From: Octopus vulgaris
Taxonomy: Eukaryota
Assembly: GCA_951406725.2 (NCBI GenBank)
Contig: OX597821.1
Coordinates: 68,634,001 to 68,698,000 of the forward strand
Length of the DNA: 64,000 nt
Direction of reading: 5' to 3'
The position numbers and the translations under genes were made by a program. Positions 25,738-38,118 of this stretch are shown here, piece by piece (the first letter of the stretch is position 1; every line of letters begins with the position of its first letter). Under the pieces are notes generated by a model, which saw only the letters and a program-made list of their open reading frames with translations, had not been told where the DNA came from and made no database searches.

Positions 25738-26589
25738 TAACTAATGTAGGATAAAATGTTTTTCGGGAAAAAAATTTTATCAATGGCCAGCATATCAAAA
25801 AATACCTTTAAAGGTTAAATTTATAAATAATTTACAAGATAAGGGCAAAAGAAAAATTCTAATGCCATATATGCTGAAAAAAAGACAATAATTGTCAATA
25901 AACCATTATAATTTATGCGTCTCGAAATAAACCGATAGAAACCTCTAAAAAATTCGTTATTACCGTATTGGTCCAATTTCGGGGTTAATTCGTAAGAAAT
26001 TTTCCCCTCTTCAGCGGCAAATACGCGAGATATAAGTGAAATACTTACTCATACCCATGGAAAAAGCAAGCACTAAGTCCCGAGCAAGACTAAGTACCCC
26101 AAATATATCCAAAATAGAAAAATCCTCGGCACATCTCGAGACACGTGTGATTCGAACTAGAAACTTTCACAGAGTGATAGAATCCGGAAGTGAACACTAT
26201 TAAATTTATAACTAATGTAGGATAAAATGTTTTTCGGGAAAAAAATTTTATCAATGGCCAGCATATCAAAAAATACCTTTAAAGGTTAAATTTATAAATA
26301 ATTTACAAGATAAGGGCAAAAGAAAAATTCTAATGCCAAATATGCCGAAAAAAGACAATAATTGTCAATAAACCATTATAATTTATGCGTCTCGAAACAA
26401 ACCGATAGAAATCTCTAAAAAATTCGTTATTACCGTATTGGTCCAATTTCGGGGTTAATTCGTAAGAAATTTTCTCCTCTTCAGCGGCAAATACGCGAGA
26501 TATAAGTGAATGGTTTATTGACAATAATTGTCTTTTTTTCGGCATATTTGGCATTAGAATTTTTCTTTTGCCCTTATTTTGTAAATTAT
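25738..26589 (-). mobile_element. PLE pLTR/retrozyme-like tandem: 303-bp direct repeats with 470-bp period plus a short inverted copy
   Basis: 25738-26040 nearly equals 26208-26510; 26509-26589 is the inverse of about 26297-26378; one hammerhead per repeat. Confidence 0.8.
25962..26018 (-). ncRNA. Type I hammerhead ribozyme motif (second copy at 26432-26488)
   Basis: Minus strand: GCCG-CTGAAGA-GGGG...CCCC-GAA-ATTGG a CCAAT-A-CGGT. Confidence 0.8.
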
Positions 26590-26873
26590 ATATATATTCT
26601 TTTATTATTTTACTTGTTTCAGTCATTTAACTGTGGCCATGCTGGAGCACTGCCTTTAAAGACTTTTAATCGAAGAAATCGCCCCCATGACTTATTCTAT
26701 GTAAGTCTACTACTTATTCTATCGGTCAGTTTTGCCGAACCGCTAAGTTACGGGGATATAAACACACCTGTATCGCTTGTCAAGCCATGGGTGGGTGGGG
26801 GGACAAACACTGACACACATATAAATGTATACATATGTACATATATATGTATATATATATATATGTATGTATA

Positions 26874-26933
<60 letters not shown>

Positions 26934-27212
26934 ATGTTACATTACTCGGTAGTCAAGATAAAACTCTGAGTTTCAGATGCCGAAGTGGAAATCCACAACA
27001 CCATCTCTTCGGTTATCTGGCTATTTGAAAACGTTATGAAAAAATACCGTTAAAAATGAAGGGAAATTACTCTGTTATAACTCTGCTTTGCCTGCGTACT
27101 TATACATCGCTCGCATTTTTCGTCATAAAAATTATATAAAAATACATAAAAATATATAAAAATATATAAAAATATATAAATTCTTCTTGGGACATAACAC
27201 AGAAAGCATGTT

Positions 27213-27824
27213 CTATCCGTTTTCTTTAGGGGACCAGAAACGTAACAGAAATTTAGTCACATGTGGGCATGATCCGAAAAGCTCTGTCCTTGTATTTAGA
27301 CATGTGGTAGGGTCTAAGCTGCTTTTCCAGATAAGCCATCTCTCCATGTCGCATAAACCGCACCTTCCGCTGCCGTTAGTATAGGGCTTACATCTGGCCA
27401 AAATCTTCCATTGTATGTTATAATCGACACCTTTATCTCTTAAAGACCAAATATGATTGGATAATTGTGTCGCTTTTCTTTTGTTCCAGTGCCTAAAGCT
27501 CAAAGTGTGGTTATTGAACCTGGCTTTGAAATTACCCTCTGTAAGGCCCGCGTATTTCTTCGTCGAAACGGTGTCTTTAGTGGTTATAGAGTTTACGGTA
27601 GCTTCATATATGATGGTCTTGGACATGCAAGCTCCATTTAGCGGGCACAATTCTTTATTCCTGCATGAACAGCTGTTTTCTTCTTGTGTTTTTTGTATGT
27701 TATGATTGATTATGTTTTTAAAATTGGTAGTTGAACTAAAACTAATTTTTAAATTGTGTCTATTGAAGAGTTTCCTATAAGCATGGTTAACTGGAAAATG
27801 TCTATCTATCAGTGCTAGGAAATA
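27213..27824 (-). CDS. PLE polyprotein C-terminal fragment: linker plus GIY-YIG endonuclease
   Basis: Open frame FLALIDRHFP..CSCRNKELCPLNGAC..IIYEA..KYAGLTEGNFKARFNNH..LSNHIW..CGLCDMER..LNTRTEL; N-terminally truncated. Confidence 0.9.
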   Translation of the reverse strand, partial: YFLALIDRHFPVNHAYRKLFNRHNLKISFSSTTNFKNIINHNIQKTQEENSCSCRNKELCPLNGACMSKTIIYEATVNSITTKDTVSTKKYAGLTEGNFKARFNNHTLSFRHWNKRKATQLSNHIWSLRDKGVDYNIQWKILARCKPYTNGSGRCGLCDMERWLIWKSSLDPTTCLNTRTELFGSCPHVTKFLLRFWSPKENG

Positions 27825-28123
27825 GTGGTTTTAGCGAAAAAATAAAATATACACCTATCACTAGCCCAACAGTAAGGAAAAGGAATAATAGAAATAGGAA
27901 GGTCATCTGGTTTACGCCCCCTTACTCACCCGAGGTGGCCTTCAATATAGGTAAATATTTCCTAGCACTGATAGATATATTTTTATATATTTTTATGTAT
28001 TTTTATATAATTTTTATGACGAAAAATGCGAGCGATGTATAAGTACGCAGGCAAAGCAGAGTTATAACAGAGTAATTTCCCTTCATTTTTAACGGTATTT
28101 TTTCATAACGTTTTCAAATAGCC

Positions 28124-28186
28124 AGATAACCGAAGAGATGGTGTTGTGGATTTCCACTTCGGCATCTGAAACTCAGAGTTTTATCT
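28124..28186 (+). ncRNA. Type I hammerhead motif, U4C variant (mirror copy at 26956-27018 on minus)
   Basis: AGATAA-CCGAAGA-GATG...CATCt-GAA-ACTC a GAGT-T-TTATCT. Confidence 0.72.
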
Positions 28187-28282
28187 TGACTACCGAGTAA
28201 TGTAACATATTGTATAGATAAATTTCCTCTATTTACATAATATTGAGGTCTCTTTCTTTCTTTTGTTATCTTACCGTTTTAT

Positions 28283-28329
<47 letters not shown>

Positions 28330-28755
28330 ACGAGCTTCTTTCAGTTTCTGTCAACCAAATCCACTTACAAGGCTTTAGTCGATCCGAGGCTATAGTAGAA
28401 GGCACTTGCCCAAGGTACCACGCAGTTGGACTGAACTCGGACATCATGTGATTGTGAAGCAAGTTTCTTACCATACAGCGCCTATACACTATTTTATTGA
28501 AGCCAATAAAAATCTTCACACACTATTCCTGAGTTTCATGTGTACCGCTCATTAGACAACTGTGATAATACGCAATATTATAATACAGTGTCTGACGAGC
28601 GATCGCACATCATATCTCACATGGAATTAAGCGGTGGACGTTTTGAACTGGGCATGATACATACGTGCATATATATGTAGGTATACGTTCGTATATGTAA
28701 GTATTCGTATTTTGTATTTATATATATATGCATTTATGTTTTATCTTTTGTGTGT

Positions 28756-28813
28756 ATTCTACTGACGAGGCAAAGCATTCATAAATGCAAAGTCAGAAAT
28801 CCAAATCTAGAAT
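28756..28813 (+). ncRNA. Type I hammerhead motif, solitary
   Basis: ATTCTA-CTGACGA-GGC..GCATT cata AATGC..GTCa-GAAAT ccaa ATC-TAGAAT; perfect 6-bp stem I, weak stem III. Confidence 0.6.
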
Positions 28814-28950
28814 TATCCAGTAATTTTTTACTAGTTTCATCTTGTCTCTTCGTTTTCTCTCCATGTTGATATATGGACATTTAAGGTGGATTTAGAGTCG
28901 GATCATGGCAGCCATTTTCAGCATGTGGGTATCTCGTAGATACCCTAATT

Positions 28951-28997
<47 letters not shown>

Positions 28998-29202
28998 GTC
29001 CCTCTCTCTCTTATACATATATATATATATATAAAATCTCTCTCTTCCTCCTTAGGAAAAGAAAGATGGCCGATGGTCACGTGTGAGCAACGAGAGAGTA
29101 AAGGAGGAAGAGTAAGGAAGAGAGAAGGACAGATATAGAACGGTGAAGGGGAGAGGAAAATAATTAGAGAAAGGATGAGAGAGAAAAACGAAAGGGGGAG
29201 AA

Positions 29203-29261
<59 letters not shown>

Positions 29262-29264
29262 ATA

Positions 29265-29304
<40 letters not shown>

Positions 29305-29735
29305 ATATATATGTATGTGTGTGTGTATATATATTTGTGTGTGTGTGTCTGTGCTGGTCCCGCCGCCATCGCTTGACAACCGATGTTGTGTGTTTACGTC
29401 CACGGTTCGACAAAAGAGATCGATAGAATAAGTACTAGGCTTACAGAGATTAAGTTTTGTATGGCCGCAGTCAAATGACTGAAACAAGTAAATAACTAAT
29501 TCACATACACAAACACACACACAAACATATTTACTCATGTAATGTATGGTTAAATATTTATCGGGCACTTTTGTGATATCTTGAATATCGGATTAGAGTC
29601 GCCAGAGGATGGTGTATTTACCAGTCGTATGTGTAAGAGAAGAACAGAATATGTGCGCGTATGCGCAAACACACACACACACACACACATACACACACAG
29701 AGAAACAAACAACTATCACACGCACATAATATATG

Positions 29736-29798
<63 letters not shown>

Positions 29799-29833
29799 GT
29801 ATATATATATATATATACATACATACATATATA

Positions 29834-29894
<61 letters not shown>

Positions 29895-30067
29895 TATGTG
29901 TGCATATGTGTATGTCTGTATTTTTATTTTTGTTTTTAATATTTGCTGGGGACTTGATGAAGCCGCTTTGGAGTGACACTTCAGGTAATGAGAAAGTAGA
30001 CAACTTTGACAGTAATGATAATTATGCATACATTCGTGTGTGTGTGTGTGTGTATGTGTGTCTGTGT

Positions 30068-30110
<43 letters not shown>

Positions 30111-30158
30111 TATACAGGTGTGTATGTGCATATGCGTGTGGGTGTGTGTATATGTATA

Positions 30159-31075
30159 CGAGGTGATATTTAAAAAAATCACGGACTACTCCTGTAGCAG
30201 ACCAACAGACTGCAGCACACTGTTCGTGCGCAGTGACAGTTAACAGTGACCTTCGTGAGGCTGTATGCCGAGTGACATCGTTGTATTCGCTTCACAAGTT
30301 GTGCAATTTGCATTTTTGTGATCACATGTATGTTGTAGTCGGCGATTCTGTCGTGGAGAGGAACAAAGAGCCAGCAACGTGAAATCTTGCGCTAAACTTG
30401 GGAAGTCTCTTACAGAGGCATTGAGCATGCTTTGGGCAAGCTTACGGCGGCAAGGCAATGGGTCGTACGTAATGATTTGAGTGGCACGGACGCTTCAAAA
30501 GCGGGGGAACGTCCCAGGAAGACGATGAGCGATCTGGAAGACCTGCTACGAGCGTCACTCCCGGAAATGCGGTGGTATTGTGCATCAAAAATTCGTCACC
30601 CGGAGCCAGATCGTCAATCAAGAGTTTTGCTGCAGCGTCTTGAAGCATTTGAGAGAGGACATTCGGCGAAAGCGACTAGATCTGTGGAGCACGAAGAATT
30701 GGATTCTTCACGATGACAATGCATCCTGTCATCGAGCTTTCCTCGCTTGTGAGTTTCTTGCCAAAAAACAACATGGTATCGCTTCGTACCTGCCCTACTC
30801 GCCAGATTTAGCACCTCAGGGCTTCCATTTCTTCCCCCAAAATGAAAAGGGCAACTCAAATGTCACCGTTTTAACACCGTTGCCGAGATCCAGAGAGAAT
30901 TGCAGAAAGTCCTAGACTCGCTTCCGGAAAACGGATTCCGAAAGTGGCAGGAATGCTGGGACTGGTTTATTGCTGTGCTATGTGACTATTTCGAAGGAGA
31001 TGATGTGAAAACTTAGGTGAATAAGTTATTTTTTATTAAACATAACCAGTCCGGGAACCTTTTGATATCACCTTG
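30159..31075 (+). mobile_element. Mariner transposon, internally deleted and decayed
   Basis: TIRs CGAGGTGATAT..CGGACT / AGTCCG..ATATCACCTTG with TA flanks; WILHDDNASCH and PYSPDLAP motifs. Confidence 0.93.
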
Positions 31076-31145
31076 TATGTACACACACACACATGTACAT
31101 ATATACATATACATACATATATACATACATACATACATACATACA

Positions 31146-31226
<81 letters not shown>

Positions 31227-31561
31227 GCAAATGTCGAATATTGAGAATGAATGCCCAACAACCCATTGGTGAATGAATATTATTTGTGGATTAAGAAGGT
31301 TACCAATGGTTTCATGTAAAGACTAATCTCATAATAATTATCAAGCCTCTTACATGGGAATATTGGTACTCCCCTTCATTTCGGATGAGAATACACGAAT
31401 TAAAACACGAGACTGTATGGGATTTCGAGATAAATATGCAGATCATGGGAGGTAACTTATAAGGAAATCGTAATTGTTGTCTCTCTTACATTAAACCTGA
31501 GATCTTTGCAAGGAGAAGCGTTTACTATGAATTAATTAGTTCCTTAATAATCTTACAAGGT

Positions 31562-31897
31562 GAAGGCGCATGGCTCAGTGGTTAGAGCATCGAGCTTACG
31601 ATCGTGAGGTTGTGAGCTCGAATCCCGGACCGAGCTGCGTGTTATGTTCTTGAGCAAGGCACTTTATTTCACGTTGCTCCTGTTCACTCAGCTGTAGAAA
31701 TGAGTTGCGACGTCACTGGTGCCAAGCTGTATCGACCTTTGTCTTTCCCTTGGATAACACTGGTGGCGTGGAGAGGGGAGGCTGGTATGCATGGGCGACT
31801 GCTGGTCTTCCATAAACAACCTTGCCCGGACTTGTGTCTAGGAGGGTAACTTTCTAGGTGCAATCCCATGGTCATTCATGACCGAAGGGGATCTTTA
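31562..31897 (+). mobile_element. SINE family C, full-length
   Basis: tRNA-like head GGCGCATGGCTCAGTGGTTAGAGC...GCTCGAATCCC followed by the conserved body. Confidence 0.9.
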
Positions 31898-32204
31898 ATC
31901 TTACATGAGAACGCTCGTGCACGTCCAAGTACAGCGATTGATATAATCAACCAAAACAACCTGTAATGAGGTTGCTACAGCCTGGTGGTAGTAAAATACC
32001 TAAGAGCACTGGGGGCCCTGACTGCAGTAAAAAAAAAAGAGTAAAAATTATATCTATCTAATGAAGCTGTGTCGACAATGACACCAGAATGCATATCTAA
32101 CTGTGCAGTCACTGCAGCTGAAACGTGCGTAGGTCCAGAGAAGAATGCTGTAAATAACTGTTTAATAAAATTATAGATGTGGAAAATCTCCGTTCGACTT
32201 ATTA

Positions 32205-32622
32205 TATCATCATCATTGTTCGACCGTGGTCGAGACAATGGAATTTACCATGCTATGCCAGAATTTACCATGCTATGCCAGAATTTACCATGCTATGCCG
32301 GTCCATCATGGCATTACGGAGGTCCTGTTGCTGGATGCCTGTATCCCTGGAGATTACATCAGGGTAGGAGAGTGTGCTCCCTCTGGTAATGCGAGTAGAT
32401 GGCTTCCAGAGGAGAAGAGTAGAAATTACCTCTTTTCCAGCTCTACAACAATGTCCAGCAAACTGGACTCTCTTACCTTTCACAAGAGATGACACAGGTG
32501 GTAGTTTCCCATATATTTGCATTTTGGTTGGATGGCGCTTCCACGAGAGATTTTGAGCTCTCATAAGGAGGCGAGTGTAGGTTCCATCCAACCGCCTCTC
32601 AAGCTTCTTTGATAACGTCCAG
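32205..32622 (-). mobile_element. RTE-clade LINE 3' fragment
   Basis: WTLSKKLERRLDGTYTRLLMRAQNLSWKRHPT..FAGHCCR..LLLWKP..MMDR; (GAT)n tail; internal 20-bp triplication at 32241-32299. Confidence 0.88.
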
Positions 32623-32624
32623 GT

Positions 32625-32661
<37 letters not shown>

Positions 32662-33019
32662 GGATAGATAGATAGATAGATAAATAGATACATACATACA
32701 TACATACATACATACATACATACATACATACATACGTACGTACGTACATACATACATACATACATACATACATACATACATACATACATACATACATACA
32801 TACATACATACATACATACATACATAGTGAGTGTGTATGTGTGTGTGTATATATATATATGCATATGTATATTGTGCATACGTATATATATATGTGTGAG
32901 TGTGTGGGCGCGCGCGTGTGTATGAATGTATGTAAATATATATACACATACGTATTTATGTGTATAAATACATATATGTAAATACATATATGTATTTGAT
33001 AAACAGACAGGCAGACAGG

Positions 33020-33144
<125 letters not shown>

Positions 33145-33541
33145 GCACACACACACGCACATACACGCATACACACACACATACACATAAACTTTGTGTA
33201 CATTGTATGTTTGTGCACGCATACATAGTTACGTGCCTTTATTTTCTGTCAATATTTCACACTAATTTGTAAAAGTGTCGTTGCTATTTCAGTTAATCAC
33301 GTTTGACAGCGGAACTGGTCGTAGGGTGGCGGAAATAGCCGAAATATGAAGATTGCTTCAGCTGCGTTCATTTGTTCTGTTTCTAGAACATGTCAGAGAA
33401 GAGACTGGAGAAATTTGTGAACTGATAGCACATTAGAGTAAATGTATATATATACATTCTCTCGTTAACGTCACAACTTAACTGTATAAACACTCATGAA
33501 TATAAGCACTCAGACATACACACGCGTACACCCAGACATTA

Positions 33542-33592
<51 letters not shown>

Positions 33593-33789
33593 GATATGCG
33601 CACAGACATGCGCAGGAGTAAGTATACAAATACGGTTGTACATCATACATAAACGCATAAAAACATACGAGTATACACATACCTACACATGTATGTATAT
33701 ATGTGAGAGTATGTATATATACGTCTCTTATGTAGCTATGTATCTTTATAGATTTGCACATCACTATATATGTACGTATACATACATAT

Positions 33790-33886
<97 letters not shown>

Positions 33887-33951
33887 CATATACACATATA
33901 TAAATGCATATAAACATGTACATTTACATATATACATATATTTACACATAC

Positions 33952-34043
<92 letters not shown>

Positions 34044-34184
34044 GTACATGTGTAAGTACATGTATATATGTAAATATATATATATATACATACACGCATG
34101 CATCTATATATATACACACGCTCATATATATACGTGTATTCATGTGTGTGCATGTAGATGTTTGTGTGTATGTATATGTATATG

Positions 34185-34231
<47 letters not shown>

Positions 34232-34311
34232 GTATGTATGTATGTATGTATGTATATGTAACATATTTATACACATACAAACACTCATATATATATATAT
34301 ATATATATATC

Positions 34312-34394
<83 letters not shown>

Positions 34395-35886
34395 GTACAC
34401 CTTCTCTATAGGCCATAATTAGTGAGAAGCTGGTTTACCGGCGGAAAACTAGATCGATCGTTGTTAGTCGAGTTAAAACGGATAGGAGTGAGTAACGGTA
34501 ACAGCAGGAAAACGGAGAGTGAGCCAAAAGTTGTGGGTCTATCTGATTGGGAGACAGAACGGAATTAATGGCAAGAAATAGCTTAAAGTGATGGTGGTGG
34601 CCGCGGCGGCGAGAAATATAGGAAGTGTGTGTATGTGTGTGTCTTAGTGTGTGCATATGTCTTAGTGAGTGTGTTTGTGTGTATTAGCCGTATGCGTATG
34701 TTTGTCTTAGTGTGTATGTATGTATGTATGTATGTATGTATGTATGTATGTATGTATGTATGTATGTATGCATGTATGTGTGTGTGTGTCTTAGTAAGCA
34801 GTTGTGTTTGTTTTAGTGTGTGTGTATGTGTATATATGTCTGTATGTGTGTATGTGTGTGCGTGCGTTTCAGTCGGGGAAAGCAATGGATGGCCGGCTAC
34901 GTGACCAAATGTTGGTTTTCGTGCAAATCACAGCTATCAGAACATAAGTTAGAGGTTAATACGACTAAACAGCCAACAGCAATTTACGAACACATACGCA
35001 CCAACACCAACCACGCCACGACGACCGCCACCACCACCACCGCCACCGCCATCATCATCATCATCATCATTATCATCATCATCATCATCATCATCATCAT
35101 CGTCGTCGTCGTCGTCATCAATAGCAACAACAATCTGCCATAATACCAAAGTTGCTATAACTAGTGTCTATACGTATTGCAGCATCGCTCACTACTATTT
35201 CGGTTCTTCAGCTTCTTCTTCTTCTTCTTTCTTCCTCTCACCTACCAAAACCAACCCACTACTAACCTGCTATGCATGCATCAGACGTGTCCAGGACACG
35301 AACTGCGGCGATTATCTAGAAACATTTTAGTGAGGAAGTTTGATGAGAGTATTTGAAGAGATTTGAGATGTGAAATAATTCAAGTTGAAATGTCTATCGG
35401 TTTTTGGCGGTCATTCAGTTAAAGTACCCAGCTTTAGATTCGTTTTAGTCGAGATAAGATTTAGTAGTGGCGGCCAGATCTGTTGCAATGAAATAAGAAT
35501 AAAGATAAGAGCTCTCGACAAACAGATTTCCAATTTTTGTGATCCGGTTTCGTATCAAGGGCGAAGCCATTTCGCTTTCATCATCATCATCATCATCATT
35601 GTCATTATCATCGTAATCAACTCCGTCGTCGTTGTCGATTTAACGTCTACTTTTTCATGCTTGAATGGGTCGAGTGGAATTCCTTGAATTGAGTTTTCTA
35701 CAGCCTGATGCCTTCCCTATCGCCAACCCTTGTTTGTTTCCAAGTAAGGTAATATTTCGCCATGACTAGCCGTATTTCCACGGAAGATTGGAAGCGAAGG
35801 ACGCCGCCTACATGTCGATGACACTACTTTACAACTATTACGCAATGTCAAAGCAAGGAGACAGTTCCAACTGCACTCACGCACAC

Positions 35887-35924
<38 letters not shown>

Positions 35925-35926
<2 letters not shown>

Positions 35927-36526
35927 TACATCCTTTGTACGATGTGGAGAATATACCGCCAGCATTGCCCAAATGACCTGAACATTAGTTTCAAAGTTCA
36001 TACAAGGCTGGGACCGCGGGCCATACGTCCCCTGCTCAATTCAAGATCACAACATATAGGTACACTGCCACATAATTTCTTTTCCTCAACAGACCCTGCC
36101 CTGTTTAACATTGTCCCAAAACTGATCATCGAGGAAAAGGATCCCATCACCTTTAAACAGAGTCTGGACAGATTTCTTCAAGGAATACCAGATAAACCAC
36201 CTATACCTGGATACAACTCACACAAGAACTCCCTACTCAAATGGACCATGATACCACAAAACTTGACTTTAAAAGGATTTAGATAATCCTATCAGATGGT
36301 GCTATTAAGTTAGACATGGCCTGGACCAATCTTTGGTCGAAACACATCTACGTTTTATCTCGGTTTATATATATATATATAAGCTTAAATATGTTTCGAC
36401 CAAAGATTGGTCCAGGTCATGTCTAACTTAATAGCACCACCTGATAGGATTATCTAAATCCTTTTAAAATTTTGTGGTGTCGTGGTCCATTCGAGTAGGG
36501 AGTTCTTGCAGAGTGAGTTGTATCCA
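35925..36526. mobile_element. CR1-like 3' fragment (+, 35925-36365) tail-to-tail with a second 3' end (-, 36383-36526)
   Basis: PALFNIVPK..FKQSLDRFLQGIPDKP motif; 36207-36345 is imperfectly inverted at 36390-36526 around a short (TA)n. Confidence 0.8.
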
Positions 36527-37914
36527 CACATACACACATACGTATCCACACATACACACATACGACAGACTTTAGTCACAAGGCTTTGGCCGACCCGGAG
36601 TCTGTGATAGAAGACACTTACCGAAGGTGCCCTACAATGAAACAGGACCCGAAGCCATGTAATTGGGAAATAAACTTTTTACCACACAATAAAACTAGCA
36701 AGAAGATGAACCCCATTCTAATCACAATTCTGTTTGAAGTGAAATCTAAATAAACGAATCCTCCACGATTTACAACGCTTTATATTATAGTTCTTCAGTC
36801 GACATATATATTGTATCCCAAAATCTCTTGTGCTCTTGGCATAAACTTCGTGAATATTTTATATAACAGTGCGTACGAGAAAGCTAATGCCTTTAAATTG
36901 CAAATACAGTTTATTGGATAGGATTCCACGCAGTCAGTTAACCCAACTTCACTTACAAGACCTAGTTCAAACTCGGGCTACATCAGAAGACATTTGCAAA
37001 CAGTACCATACTATAGGATCAAAGCTATTCTCTAGTTTTTTTCGGTTATTTGTATATATGTCATTATTCTGTTTTGTTTTTTGTTTTCTTTTCTACTCTA
37101 GGCACAAGATCCGAAATTTTGTGAGGGGGGACCAGTAGATTAGATCGACCCCAGTACGCAACTGGTACTTAATTTATTGACCTCGAAAGGATGAAAGGCA
37201 AAGTCGACCTTGGCGGGATTTGAACTCAGAACATAAAGACAGACGAAATACAGCTAAGCATTTCAGCCGGTGTGCTAACGATTCTGCCAGCTCGCCGCCA
37301 TACGGATGAACTAATAATAATGTATGTATGTATGTATGTATGTATGTATGTATGTATGTATGTATGCATGCATGTATGTATGTATGTATGTATGTATGTA
37401 TGTATGTATGTATGTATGTACGTGGGTCGGGGTCTCTTCAATAAACACGTATGGACTTTGCTCAAAAGAAAATAGACGCTAGGGCAGAAGGATTATTTGT
37501 ACAAGGGCCACAAATTGTTGAGTGATATTATAGAAAGTATGAAAGACAGACAGACAAATTTGACCTCAGCGGGATTTGAAATCAAAACATAAGGAACTGT
37601 AACTGAATCTGTTCTAAAGCAATAATAAAAAAAAAAGGAAATGAAAAAAAAAACAATTGTTTTGCTTTGTTTTTAACAAATTCCAGACATTTGTATTGAC
37701 TATATAAATCGATATGTCTGTCGCTGTTTTCAGATTCTTGTATTGAATAACCAAATCATATTAATCGGTAACAACAAGCCAATGAGCTGACCAGCTACGT
37801 GGTTTGTCGACGTGTTATAAAAAGTAGCTAAACCTCCTTCAAATCCCACTCATCCGTTTTAAGGAAGGTTCCACTTGACAGTATGGTTAGCCCACATTAC
37901 TCTGTAAGAAGCAC

Positions 37915-38118
37915 TGGACCGGTTTTCCCGATTACACTGGCGTATATATTTCCTCCAACCCCATCCTGGACGGGATACCGGTCCGTCGCAGAATAACTAA
38001 TTCTTTACCAGCTGAGTGGAATGGAGCAACCACAATCTTACGATCATCGAAACCAGGAATTGAAACCATATTCTTGCGATCATGACTCTAACACCCTGAT
38101 CACTATGCCATACGCCTC
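37915..38118 (-). mobile_element. Decayed tRNA-derived SINE with a different tail
   Basis: Minus strand GAGGCGTATGGCATAGTGATCAG head, GGTTTCAATTCC box, CTGCGACGGACCGGTATCCCGTCCAGG domain. Confidence 0.6.

Larger units (their letters stand above)
26926..28286 (-). mobile_element. 5'-truncated Penelope-like element (Naiad-type) with inverted pLTR
   Basis: About 240-bp near-perfect inverted arms 26926-27167 and 27975-28216 enclosing a GIY-YIG coding segment. Confidence 0.9.
26598..28483 (-). mobile_element. SINE family B split by a PLE insertion (tail 26598-26820, head 28328-28483)
   Basis: Both halves are in the correct order and orientation around the internal (TA)n. Confidence 0.8.

Noticed and set aside
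27213-27824. Selenoprotein-encoding Naiad
   Set aside because: The cysteine motif codons in this fragment are TGT/TGC and there is no in-frame TGA
31562-31635. tRNA gene-like A/B boxes (also at 21413, 55945, 58234)
   Set aside because: They run directly into SINE bodies and lack a proper acceptor stem, so they are SINE heads
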